Source: Sphaerodactylus townsendi
Taxonomy: Eukaryota
DNA: 64,000 nt
NCBI RefSeq assembly: GCF_021028975.2
Contig: NC_059430.1
Coordinates: 72,292,001-72,356,000 of the forward strand
Direction of reading: 5' to 3'
Shown here: positions 26,278-38,162 of the stretch, piece by piece
How the letters are laid out: the number at the start of each line of letters is the position of its first letter
Position numbering within the stretch: position 1 is the first letter of the stretch
The notes under the pieces: generated by a model
Database searches by the model: none
What the model saw: the letters and a program-made list of their open reading frames with translations, nothing else
What the model was told of the DNA's origin: nothing
Position numbers and translations under genes: made by a program

Positions 26278-26855
26278 CATATAATAGGAACATGGGACAT
26301 TTGAAGTATGAATCAAAGGTAAGTTTGAAATCATAAAATGAGAAATGGAATGTTTAATATTGAATCCTGGAAGTGAGTGAGCTAAAAGAAATGGATTACG
26401 ACATTTGCAGTCAGAAATTGCAAAGCGTTATCTGGGAATGACAAACTCACAAGAATTGGAGTTGCTCTAACAGAGAGGAGAGATGCAGCATAAGCAGTCA
26501 GGGGCCATAATGCAAATTCTAACCAAATAATATCAATCAGACTTCATGGAAAGACTATAAATATAACCATCATTCCAGTTAATGCCCTGACTACAGGTGA
26601 GACAGGTAGTATTGAAGAAGAGTTTACAGATACTGTGGACCACCAAAAAGACAAATAACCAGGTGATTCAACTGAGGATATTGTACTTTAATCCCATGAA
26701 GAGAAGAGAAGAATACCACTGTAAAAGACAATGACACTAGGAAAAGTTGAAGACAGCAGGAAAAAAGAAAGACACAACGTGAGATGGACTGACTCAATCA
26801 AGGAAGCCGCATCCCTCAATTTGCAAGACGTGAGCAAGGCTGTTCATGACAGGGC
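26278..26855 (+). mobile_element. RTE/BovB-like LINE with large internal deletion
   Basis: Endonuclease N-terminus IGTWDI*SMNQ..KFEIIK.EME..ILEVSELK joined to C-terminus LGKVEDSRKKERHNVRWTDSIKEA. Confidence 0.75.
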
Positions 26856-27165
26856 GAGAAGAAGCAGAAGAAGAGTTGGTTTTTATTCACTGCCTTCCTC
26901 TACCTTTAAGGAGTCTCAAAGCAGGTGATAATTGCCTTTCCTTGCCCTCCCCACAGCAGACACCTTGTGGTATAGGTGAGGCTGGGAAACTTCAAAGAGA
27001 ACTGTGACTAGATTAAGGTCACCCAACAGACTTTATGTGTAGGAGTGAGGAAACAAACCCAGATCACCAGGTTCGAGTCCACTGCTCACATGGAGGAGCA
27101 GGGAATCAAACCCAGTTCTCCAGATTAAAGACTACCACTCTTAACTACTACACTACATAGGGCTG
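26856..27165 (-). mobile_element. Squam3-like tRNA/Ther1-derived SINE
   Basis: (AAG)n tail, cagacaccttgt..ggtgaggctg..actgtgactag..aaggtcaccca core, duplicated tRNA-like head; homologous to the copies at 37729 and 40437. Confidence 0.8.
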
Positions 27166-27763
27166 CTATAAAAAATTCTGGAATGTCTGAGTGGAATTAG
27201 CTTACTCATACTGGCATACAACTGAAAAGAAGTGGCATCCTATTTTAGTAGTGTCACTCTTTTTGGGGTTGATTTTTGACTGGGGGAGGTGGGTAGTTTT
27301 GTGGTGGCTGGGGACGGTGTAGCCACAGCACCTCTGAAGAGGAATAGGAAAGTGCAGCAAGGAAAGAAAAAAACAAAACCGAAGGCTCAAAATTCACAGT
27401 TCTAATCCAATGGGCTACACATATATTTTTGCTGGTGTAAATTGTTGATAGCAAAAAGGGGCATTCCTGGCCTGAAAGCCCTCAGGAAGCTGAGTCTGCT
27501 CTGGGAACAATCCCAATGGTGCCTGAGCAGGCTCCTACTGCAGAGGAGTACTGGAGCAGCAGAGGTACCCAGGCAACAGAGCCACATGGCTTCCCAACAC
27601 CAGCATAAGTTGTCCCCATGGCAGCCCAAGTGCCATTTATGTCATGAGGACTGGCAATGATGCCAAGAGGGTCATGCCAGCTCCACAGCCCACCCCTTCC
27701 CCATGAATCATACTATTAATATTGCACTTGCATCACGTTATGTCCATTGCCAATACTTTCTAC

Positions 27764-29738
27764 CACTGGCGTAGCTCCAACGGGGACATCCGGGGCGGTC
27801 CGCCCCGGGCAGACTCCTGCCAGGTCACGTGGGGGGCGGCAGCGTTGACTGCCGGCTGTAGCTGGGCGTGCCTGGCCTTGCTGGGACGGACCTGCAGCAA
27901 AAGCAGGCCTCCTCGTGGGCGTGCTGAGGCTGGCTGAGGGGCGGGGAGTTTGAGGGGGCAGGCCCACAGCTTGAACAGGCACCACATGTGACCTGTGGCT
28001 AGCATACGGCCTGAAGAGGAGCAACGGAAAGGCTGCTGTAACGGGAGCCCTTTCCACTTCTGTGAGCCACCAGAAGTCCCCAAGCGCCTGCCTGCCGGAG
28101 CCTGAAAACGAACAACAGGTCAGGTAAGCAGTAGGCACTGGCTGGCAGGCAGCCAGACTGGCCTTGGATTGATCCGGCCGGGCGGGGGGGGGCAACGACT
28201 ACCCGCTGTTTGGGAGGGTGGAGGGTGGCCTGGGCGACTTTCTTCCTCCCCTCGGCTGCTCTGGGGGTGTTTGGCGCGCTCCCTGGCCAGCAGGGCCTTT
28301 TGCAAGGATTTTTCTCCTGTAAAAGAGCCTGCAAGAAAGTCTCCAGCTCTCTTACAGGAGAAAAATCCTTGCAAAAGGCCCTGCCAGCCAGGGAGCGCCC
28401 CAAACACCCCCAGAGCAGCCGAGGGCAGCCCCAGCCAGGTCTTGAGGGGGGCAAGCTGTTTTGGGAGTGTAGGGGTGGCCTCACACTTTCTTCCTCCCCT
28501 GCTGCTCTATGGGTGTTTGGCTCCTGGCCAGCAGGGCCTTTTGCAAGGATTTTTCTCCTGTAAAAGAGCTTCCTAAGAAAGTCTCCAGCTCTCTTACAGG
28601 AGAAGTTAGGAGTCAAACACGCCCCCAGAGCAGCCGAGGGCAGCCCCAGCCAGGTCTTGAGGGGGTGGGGGGGCGAGCCGCTGTTTGGGAGGGGGGGGGC
28701 TTGGCGACTTTCTTCCTCCCCTCAGCTGCTCTGGGGGGGTGTTTACGCTTCCCTGGCGGCAGGGCTTTTGCAAGGATTTTCTCCTGTAAGAGCTGCAAGA
28801 AAAGTTCCAGCTCTCTTACAGGAGAAAATCCGTAAAGGCCCTGCTAGCCAGGGAGCCTAAACACCCCAGAGCAGGGCAGCCCCAGCCAGGTCTCTTGATC
28901 CTCAGGGTGGAAGCTGGGCTGAGCTGTTTGGGAGGGTGGGGGTGGCCTGGCTACTCTTCCTCCCCAGGGCTGCTCTGGGGGTGTTTGGCGTGCTCCCTGG
29001 CCGGCAGGGCCTTTTGCAAGGATTTTTCTCCTGTAAGAGAGCTAGGAGACAGGACCTTGAAAAATGGATTCTAGAGTTTAGTATCTGTATTATGCAGTAT
29101 GTTGTGAGAGAATCCTCAAGATGGGAACTCTTGGTGTTTTCACTGAAAATGTTTATGATCTCCAAGAATAGTTCCCACAGGATAAAGATAATAAAAGGCA
29201 TGTGACTGTAAACAAATCTATACCATGGAAGACTAATTCCAACATATTGAAGCACAGAAATATTTGTATTTTATTTCAAGTTAAGTTATTTTATAAAGAA
29301 AAATTTATTTTACGCTATTCCAAGTTTTCTAGTTACGTTATTTCTAAAGACTGTGAATTCATGTTAGTAAGTGCCTTACATTGTTATTGTTAAAATTTGC
29401 CCCTTTCCCTCCTTCCTTTCCTTCCTGGCTCTGTACTGTATTTCTAATGCTGGGGGGCAACTGGGGGTGCTGGATATAACACCATAAAACATTTTCATAG
29501 CAGTAAGCATTTTGAGAATGTTTTCAACATTTTTTATTTCTGCTGTGTGGCATGGCCCATTGCTGTGTTCTGTTCAGATTTGTGAGTTAGGACATGTTCT
29601 ATAATGAGATGGTGACTTTGAGATGACCTGGTGTAAAAAATCATTCATTGGTAGTAGTGGTGGAGGGCAGCTGCCCATATGGCTGGGCGCAAAACTCAGA
29701 TTTCGTCCTGGGCTACATTTCCCCTAGCTACGCCCCTG
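27764..29738. mobile_element. hAT non-autonomous element (about 1.98 kb) with internal hairpin tandem array
   Basis: TIRs cactggcgtagct / agctacgcccctg; perfect 8-bp TSD CTTTCTAC at 27756-27763 and 29739-29746. Confidence 0.85.
28205..29043. repeat. Tandem array of about 3.5 units (225-250 bp); full units contain a long palindrome
   Basis: Units start gctgttt(t)ggga at 28205, 28455, 28680 and 28923; unit 1 arms are 28249-28328 and 28346-28425. Confidence 0.9.
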
Positions 29739-29899
29739 CTTTCTACTACCTCTCTTTATCATAGTTTTGCTATGATTATTCTCAATTATATTGTGAAGCA
29801 ATCCAATAAAATGTGTTAAACTGTCAGTTAACCTGAGAAAATTAATAAAGGCAGCATATTGCATTTTTTTTTTTTGAAAAGTTGCAATAGGCCATTGTT

Positions 29900-30800
29900 A
29901 CACACGAACGGCGACAAATCACTACGTCCACCAAGGCAATTCGCTGGACGAATTTTTCCCAATGAAAACCTTAGGGAAAACGCAGAATCCTACCCTCAAA
30001 AGAACACTGATCAGGAAACACGAAGAACCAAAACTGAAACGACAGCAGTACCTCTCCAACACCCTAAACTTACTCAGAGACTCGTGTGCTGTAACATAGC
30101 TACACATCAAACACCAGCGCTTTTCTCCGGGAGGGGGGGAATCGTCCATGGTTGTTGTGCGTAGGCTCGTACGCCAGGCGCGCGCCCTCCCTCCCTCCCT
30201 CCCTCCCTCATCTCAAGCGCTCGTTCTCGCGCACCGACATCCCATTGCGCATGCGTGTCCTCCGATTCCCTCACCAGCTCGCCGCCTTCTAGGGGGAAGC
30301 GCTCAGAGCCTGAGCCCGCCCTTCCTGCTTGGCTAAGGGGCGGAGCCAGGCAGGCAGCCGGGCCTTTGGTGGTGGTGTTGCACCGTCTTCCGTGCTGGGT
30401 CTGGTGCTTCTGCTTCTTTTCGTGGTCGGCCTGGGGGGAGGAGGAAACGAAGATGGCGGACCTGGAGGAGCAGCTCGGTGACGACGAGAAGGTGAGACCG
30501 AGAACTGACCAGGCGCCGAGCTGGGGCCGTCAGCATAGCAGGCGGGGCAGATCCGGTGTCTGATGAATTAGGGCCCCCCTTTCCTCTCTCTTCCTTTTGG
30601 GGCTTCTCTTCCTTCAGTCCTGGACGGGTGGGGAGGCCCCTCCGCCTCTACTTTGCCATCCCACCCTGGGCTGCCCTTCGTTTCCTGGTGGGCGTTTTAG
30701 GGCAGAGCAAAATCCGGCCACCTCACCTCCCCCCCCCGCCCCTTTGGGGGCTATCTGTAGGAATAGTTGTGGTCGATTCAGGAAATGCTTAAGAAATCTA
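29900..30800 (+). promoter_or_regulatory. CAPZA2: CAPZA2 CpG-island promoter
   Basis: CpG-rich; NRF1-like TGCGCATGCG at 30246-30255, ETS-like CTTCCTG at 30321-30327, GC box GGGGCGGAGC at 30337-30346, YY1-like AAGATGGCGG over the ATG; no TATA box seen. Confidence 0.85.
30453..30491 (+). CDS. CAPZA2: CAPZA2 exon 1 (F-actin capping protein alpha-2)
   Basis: aagATGG Kozak context; [13 protein letters not shown]|gtgaga; the ten exons sum to 861 nt = 286 aa + stop. Confidence 0.96.
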
Positions 30801-31844
30801 CATTTAGGCTGATTTGGACAAGTTGCGTTTTCGCTTCCCTCCCCCTTCTTTCTTTTTTTGGTGAATGTTTGTGCGTTAACTGGGAATTTTTTAACGGCAA
30901 AGAGTCCTGGCCAAGAAAATTTACTCTGTTGGCCTAATGTACGGTGGGGTGTTGGTATATAATGATATGGTACCTGTTGTATGTTTCAAGGGAAAAAGCT
31001 TCACACCCACCCACCCCGACCTCTTATCCTCTTTGGCCTAGTCCTGTCAATACTTTCAGTCCATCTTTGTGGGAGACTGGGTGAAAGGTCTAGTGGATGA
31101 TTTCGTCTGTTCCTTCCCCCCTTACAAAAATCATAGTAGCTAGATATTCTAAAGGTTATTATCTCTTTCTTCCTGTATTTTGATTAGCGCTTTAATGCTT
31201 TGCAGATTATGGAGTTGCAAAGCTAGGCATCCTGCCAAGTGTACCCTTGGAGAGCCACAACCAAGCATGTTCATAGGCATGTAATTGTCATATTTTGAAC
31301 ATCTTACAGACCCATATTTAAAATTATTTGATAGGTATTCCCTCCTGTTTTGGAGGGGAGGTGGCAGTCTTGATTCCCCCCCCATAAAATAATTTTTCCT
31401 GCATTTTTGTTTTCCTCACATTTGACACAGAGGTGACTCTATAAATGGTCATCCTGTATTTATTGATTCATTTCAGCCCTATGAGTTTTATGATGTTTCA
31501 GTTCCTGTTTTTTCTTTAGTTTGTTATGGTAACTTTGGAAGAAAGGATGAAAACTGATTTTTTTTTCACTGCTCTGCAAGTGAAAAATTCATTCAATGGG
31601 TTTGGGGAAGATTCCAGACAAGACATTGAACCCGAGGAACAGCTTGCAACACACAACCCAAGTGCTTATCTTGCTCTGACCTCCATCTTTGTGTCCAAAT
31701 CCGTTGCAATAGAACCATGTAAAAGATTTGAGAAACAGAATCTGGGGATGGAAATGCACAGCTTACATTGTCTTTATGTAACAAACTACCGGGAAGGTAA
31801 TTTTCAGGACTGAGCTAGCTGCTAGAATAGAATCAAATGAGCCA

Positions 31845-31921
31845 CAATTGGCCATGCTGACAGAGGCTGATGGGAATTGTAGTTCCTGAACATCTGGAGA
31901 GCCGCAGGTTCCCTACCCCTG
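31845..31921. mobile_element. Half of a palindromic hAT MITE
   Basis: ggctgatgggaattgtagttcctgaacatctggagagccgcaggttccctacccctg; same arm as 42582-42636 and same TIR as the right end of 54126-54539. Confidence 0.75.
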
Positions 31922-33743
31922 TGCTAGAACAATGTGTGGGTGTTCTTAAATCACTATGCACAGCTTTGCATCTTCGTATAATGAAAATTTTGGTGTGCTG
32001 AAAGATTTTTTTAAAGACAAAAATGGCTCTAATGACTCATTTGATCTTGTGGGAGACTATGTACATGTTGTTTAAATAAGGTCTGTCAGATCTGTGTTCT
32101 GCTTTCTATTGTATTTCTTATGCATAGTTGAATAAATGTCCAATTCCTTCCCTCCCTTCTGAAGAATCTTTACTAGCAACCCTGTTCACACTTCTTTTAA
32201 TTCATTCAGAATTACTTCTGAATAAACATCACTGCAAACAATATGGGGAATTACTTCCTGTTGTCTTAATTTTGACTGGTATTGTGGCACTGTGTCATAC
32301 TTTATATATGCAGTTCAGTAAGAATGTGCACTTATTTGTGAGTTACAGTAAAACTTGGTAAACATGAATAGGTTGTGGTTCTAGATAAGGCTCAGAAGTG
32401 TTTCCTCCACTGTCACAAAGGTAAAGAAAACCAAACTTACTTGGGCTGATTATGCAGGGAATGCTTATCTTGGAACTCTTTGCATAGTGGGCTTGCAGAG
32501 GTTTCTACTTGCATTTCTATGTTTACACGCAAGGAGGCATCCCAGTGCCTGCCGCACAGCTGTTTCCTGAAGTCTCAACCAACCTCTCCTTTTCCTGCTT
32601 CTATTAACTCCACCCATCAAGAACCTTAAAGGCACAGATCTTGCTGATACTCTCTTCTCCTTCCTCTGCTTGCACTCTCTCCTGCTGCAAGAGAGAGAGG
32701 CTTTTAAAAAAAGAAGAAGCTTGTCTGAAAGAAATTTTTTTTAAGTTCTCTTGATTATGGGAGAGGGCAGAAGTAGAGCAGGAATGGTGGGGTGGAGCCG
32801 GAAAGAGACGCTTGTGCTATTCCTTTGCAAAAGCCAATTATCTGTTATTACTATATTGATCGATGTATCAATACAAGCATTTAGAGAAGTGGGAAGGAGT
32901 CAACAACAAGGAGGAGAGGGAGCTGTGCAAAGTAGTGTGAGGGTGGGTGGAGACTAGGCATGCTGTCTGTGGGCAGAGGGAAGTGGTCCAGGGCAGACCT
33001 GTGCCCACTGACAAATTGGCCTGCTCTGGCTGTGAAGGAAAATTAAATTTGTGCTAGAAGTGGTCTCGCTTGCTGTGGGGAGAATAAAAAGTGCAGGCGT
33101 AGCTTCAGGAAATATATCCGTACAAGAAATCTTGTAGTGACACACATTTGCTTCCATCACATAGCACATGCTGCATAATTGGCCTTAGTTTCAGCCTGCT
33201 AGTGATTTGTAATTTTACAGACAGGAAAATAAAATAAATATCTCCCATTGTTTCAGTTTCTTGTACTTCATAATGGGATATAAAGATTGTGTATGCAATA
33301 CACGTCACATACCAATAGAAGTTACTTTCAAGTGTTCAGGACAAATTATATCAATCCCTGAATAAACTATGACTACAGACAGTACAGGAGAAGAAACTGC
33401 ACCATACTACAAGAGAACTATCTTGGTTCTATCTTGATTTAGAGCGTTGGGCATCTGCTGTTGACATATATAACATTAATTCCAGAAATTTATGGATACA
33501 GGATGCTCAGGGAAGTAACGGGAAAGCATAAGAGTCCACTTCCCATTTGTTCTTGTTCACCTAAGCTATAATAGTGAGTAAACAAGAAAGCATGGCCTAT
33601 ATAAATACAAAACTTGCAAAATTACTAAGACTCTTTACAGGTGTTACAATTATTTCAGGGTTTCGGTGGGGAACTACATCTGACTTGTTCTGTAAAAATA
33701 AGAGCTTGACGAATTTTCTTTGACCCTCTTGGTTTTAGGCTAA

Positions 33744-34499
33744 CAGCCCAATCCTATGCGGGGCTGGATGGGCTCTTGGAGCTGTTGGGAAGGGCAAGTC
33801 GGGGGGGAGGCGTGGCTGGGGGCATTCTGGGGGTAGAGCTGACTTTAATTGACATTCACCAGGCTTTGGAGCCAAGAATGCTCCCAGCATAACCCTCAAG
33901 TGGCATAAGTTCGTTTTGGGCTATGGAGGCCTTTCAGGTAGTCTGGGAGTTTCTGGCATTTATTGCCTCCCTGCCCTGCCTGGAAGCTCTCTGGTGGTGG
34001 TGCAGCAGCATGGCAGCATCATTATCCCCAGCCGCCTAAGCCTTGTGGATTGGTCTGAATATGGCTTATATTCGTTTATCTGTGCTGCAATGGCCAGGGC
34101 CAGCATGGCAAAGGTGCTACTGTGATGCCTCTGAAGGGGCTTCGGGCAGCACAGAATGGAAGGAAATTTGAAAACCCTTCTGTTTCCTGAATTGCTCCAT
34201 AGCTGAAACAGGCTCGTGGGCTCAGAGAGCAGAGTTCCCAGGCTGGAACACCAGTAGAAGCCAACTAAAGTTAGCTCCACCCACAGGAACACCACACCTC
34301 TCACGCTGGCATCCACTTGGGCATCAGCATACCTCCACAGGCATGCCCACTTCTGGGTTTGCCTGCTGCAGGGCTGAGGGACGGCCAGACACCATCTTTG
34401 TTCTGTTCACTGGTGTAGGTGCCCCTTATGCTGGCAGAGGGGGTAAACATGTTCGCAGCTCCCAAAAGTCCATTTGGCCTCCCATTTGGATTGAGCAGC
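33744..34499. mobile_element. Old non-autonomous DNA transposon (CAGCCCAATCC-type ends)
   Basis: cagcccaatcc ... ggattgagcag imperfect inverted ends around a GC-richer body. Confidence 0.35.
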
Positions 34500-36315
34500 C
34501 CATTACCTCCTCATACTAACCATTGCTTTGAGCTCCAGCATGCATGTGGTTTCTTTGATATAATTGATGTACATGTAGATTAATCAAGTTTCCCTTTTTC
34601 TTAGCAAGCACTTCTATATCCACTACACAGATCTTGTATTCACTGGAATTCCACAAAGCTCAGTCACATCAATAATCTTCTAGAAATTGTATTTCATACT
34701 GGCCCTCAGGCTAGCTAGATGTTGCTGAAGGTGTGTCTGATCTGTGGGATAGGTGCAATTTATTCACTAAACCTTCCAGTGTTCTTCCACTCTCTCCTGT
34801 GGAAATATGATTTACCACTATCAGAATTTTGAAAGGCGATAACAGTTGATGGGTCTGGTAATTACACTGTTCCTTTTTCTCTGATTGAGAATGCCAAGCT
34901 TTTTCCTGAGTGTATGTACTTTGGCATCTATCAGCCATGTTTGGCTATGTGTGCAAAATGACCACAGTAACATCAGATTCGGGTTAAGATTTCTTGTAGT
35001 TAGTCATTGATTCCAATCAAAACTAAACACATGAGAAAGTAAATGCCTGATTACTATAGAGCAAGGGAAAAATAAAATGTGTGACAAGGATTACTGATGA
35101 GATAGTGAATTTTATTGCGTTATTTTGTCTTACCGTAGATGAGTAGAGAGACCAGCTATTTCAAGCCTCCAGAAAAGCCAAAATAAGGTATCTACCTAAT
35201 ATCTCTAAACCCTCTCCACCATCAATGATACCACCTCACCCCTTTAGTGCATAGCAGTTCCCCTGGGAACCTCTGGCATTCTGAGTAAAATCTATAGTTC
35301 TTATTTTATGGACATCAAACCGTCCCTTTCTATCTGATAAAAGATTCTGAAGTGAGCTGGCATCTTCAGTGTGTCTCACTTGAGAACATGTTTGCCCTGA
35401 TCTAGAAGTGACCTATAGTCCTTTTAGTTACTCTTCATTAACGGCAGTTATTTCCCAATGTGGCAGCTAGCGCAGTAATGCTATATCTTGAAACATGAAA
35501 AATTATAAATTAATTCATTAATTGATGTGGGTTTTATGTTGAAAATAGAGGAAAATAGTGTTAAGTTGCTTTGAAGGTGGCTCCTGAGTAGTACACTAAG
35601 TTTAGAAATGTTTAATCCCAACTTCAGAAAAGAGAAAGTTGCTTCACTCAGATATTAAATGTTTTAGTCTGGCTTCAAGCACTCATAATGACATTTGTTT
35701 GCAAGTTGTGATTGCCTTATATAGGCAACTTCATTGCAAGGGGCTTTGCCTTGAACTGAATCAGTTTCCGTTGTGGCCAGAACAGGAAGACTATCGGTTA
35801 GGAGGAGCATCTTGTTTAGTATCATCACTGTGGGGTTTTTTTTTTTTAAAAAAAACCCTCTGCTACTTCTTCTTTGCATCATATTTAAGAGGCAGTAGAA
35901 TGGCCAACCTTGTGTAATGATAAGATACAGCAGTAATTGATAATTTGGTTAGAAATATTGACCACCTTTGTTTCTTGACACATTTTTATGTTTATTACTC
36001 ATTCTTTCTTAGAATTATGTTCCATTTAAATGACTTGGACTTGATCCCAAGGAATTTTATCCTTGATTATATGAAAACCAATTAAAATGTTGATTTCTTG
36101 TGAAAGCATATTGAAAATTCAAGTGAATTAAATGTTGTAGGTTTAACGCGTTTGTATAGTCTGTGCATTTTATCTTTCAAAATAAAGCAGTGTAGTACAC
36201 AGAAATTAAAATAGCCTGCCTTCAAAAGGGCCTGTCTCCAGTAAAGAGGAATAGGAGTGCTGAAAGAAGACAATAGCCAAATGCAAAATGTTATGGTTAA
36301 GCCTGAAATATGTAA

Positions 36316-36894
36316 GGTACTGCTTCCGTGACAAGTACCCCATGGCTGCCTGGAGGCGAGGTAAAATGACTGCCTCCAGGTCGCCATTCGCGACAGGGGC
36401 GCGCTTACGCTGCAACGCAGCTTCACGCCTCACGCCTCTTTGCCGCCTGGACCAGCCTGAAATGCTTCCCCAGAGGCGCTCCTCCCAGCTCTTTTTTGAA
36501 GCGCCGCGGCATGAAGCCGCTGCCGGCCGAGCGAACGGCAGAAGGCTTCATGCCGCCTCCCCCCACCTCACCACGGTATCCCCGGCTCACCTGGTGCTCA
36601 AGAGCGCCTGGGGACATCCTCGGTACAGCAAGTTCGCCGAGGCCTGGCGACATCTTGCCTATGCGCGCAGGGGCTGGGCGTGTCCCCAGGCTCCTCACGG
36701 CTGACCTGGCGCCGGAGGTTTCCCGGGGACAAGCCGTCGGCTTCAGGGCTGCCGGCGGCTCCGCAGCGCCGGGCTGCCGTCTAGCTGCTTCTAAGAGACC
36801 GGTCCCATCGCGAGGATGGTCCCAGCGATCTTCGGGTCGTGGCGCGCAATGCGCCGACCTCAAGCTTCATCATCGGCTTCGTCGCGGAACGGCC
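36316..36894. mobile_element. PIF/Harbinger-like CpG-rich MITE
   Basis: Ends ggtactgcttccgtgac / gtcgcggaacggcc; TAA TSD at 36313-36315 and 36895-36897; homologous in reverse orientation to 61408-61958. Confidence 0.75.
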
Positions 36895-37218
36895 TAAGGA
36901 AATCTCCCACCCCCTGCCCCCATTCCTATTGTCAGTAACCTGGCTTACCTAGAGTAATGGCATTACATCACAGGCTAGAGTGGGCTGATTTACAGGTCCT
37001 TTTTCAAATGAGTCACCTACCTGCCCAGTATGTCCTGACCCACAATATGACTTCTTATACTACTTCTAGTAAAAATAATTGCTTGCTATTTAAACTCTGA
37101 ACCATTTTGAGTTTTGGGCAGCTGATTAGTTAGTTCTTGTCTGTTTTAGGCTTGTTCTTTCTAGAGCTTGCTGATATAGGTGAAACATTTCTAAATTACA
37201 TTCTAATTTATTCTATAA

Positions 37219-37386
37219 CAGTGGTTCTCAACCTGGGGGTCGAACAACCCTTTCACAGGGGTCGCCTAAGACTCTCTGCATCAGTGTTCTCCATCTGTAA
37301 AATGGATAGATGTTAGGGTTGGGAGTCACCACAACATGAGGAACTGTATTAAAGGGTTGCGGCATTAGGAAGGTTGAGAACCACTG
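37219..37386 (+). mobile_element. SPIN (Space Invader) hAT non-autonomous element
   Basis: TIRs cagtggttctcaacct / aggttgagaaccactg; perfect TSD TTCTATAA; SPIN-like subterminal cacaggggtcgcctaagac and tcaccacaacatgaggaactgtattaaaggg. Confidence 0.9.
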
Positions 37387-37728
37387 TTCTATAATGTTAG
37401 TATCGAATCATACATGACCTCAGGGCTTCAATGTCCAGCAAGGTCTAGAGGGTTATCCATTTTGATGGCTCCTCTGAAAATATTTATGGTAGGATAAGTG
37501 AAGAAGTATGGATAGTGTGTATATATATTACTTCTCTGGTAGTCTAAATGCAGCATCATATTGATTATAGTGTGCACAGTATGCATGAGTGTTTTGGCTG
37601 CACTTGTAAAATACTTTCAGACCACCTCTTTTAATTTTGCTTGGCTGCACATCTCTTCTTTGCCACAAAGTTTTTGAATTTTATGAAGAAATTAGTATGT
37701 AATTGAAAAACCTGACTTCTCAAAAGTA

Positions 37729-38003
37729 GTAGAAGAAGAAGAGTCTGGATTTATACCCTGCCTTTCTCAATGTGGCTTACAAACTCCTTTCTCTCCCCAC
37801 ACCAGACACCTTGTGAGGTAGGTGGGGCTGAGAGAGTTCTGATGAACTGTGACTAGCCCACCATCATCCAACAGGAATGTAGGAGTACGAAAGCAAATCT
37901 GATTCACCAGATAAGACTCCACCATGTTGAATAGGGCAGAATCAAACACAGTTCTCCAGATTAGAGGCCACCTGCTCTTAACCACTATACCATGCTGGCT
38001 CTC
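37729..38003 (-). mobile_element. Squam3-like SINE
   Basis: (AAG)n tail, core cagacaccttgtgaggtaggtggggctgagagag, tRNA-like head ...ctcttaaccactataccatgctggctctc. Confidence 0.85.
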
Positions 38004-38098
38004 CATTTTTATAAGCGCTTGTAAGGTCTGAAAGAGTAGTTGGGGTTCTTTTTTATAAAACAAATTATGGTTACTGAAGGATATATTTTCAATTTCAG

Positions 38099-38162
38099 GT
38101 GCGCATTGCAGCAAACTTTATTACCCATGCTCCCCCTGGAGAATTCAATGAAGTTTTTAATG
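38099..38162 (+). CDS. CAPZA2: CAPZA2 exon 2
   Basis: ttcag|[21 protein letters not shown](D)|gtgagt; 64 nt. Confidence 0.96.

Noticed and set aside
27999-29255. Repetitive ORFs on both strands, or a CRISPR-like array
   Set aside because: Palindromic tandem units inside a hAT element; no unique spacers, no cas genes, vertebrate context.
30255-30452. In-frame open stretch upstream of the CAPZA2 ATG (possible non-AUG extension)
   Set aside because: It begins inside promoter motifs, probably upstream of the TSS. Stop-free runs are common in GC-rich DNA, and the ATG has strong context.
36288-36897. CpG island and ORFs suggesting an internal promoter or nested gene
   Set aside because: Fully bounded by MITE ends and a TAA TSD, with a homologous copy at 61408.
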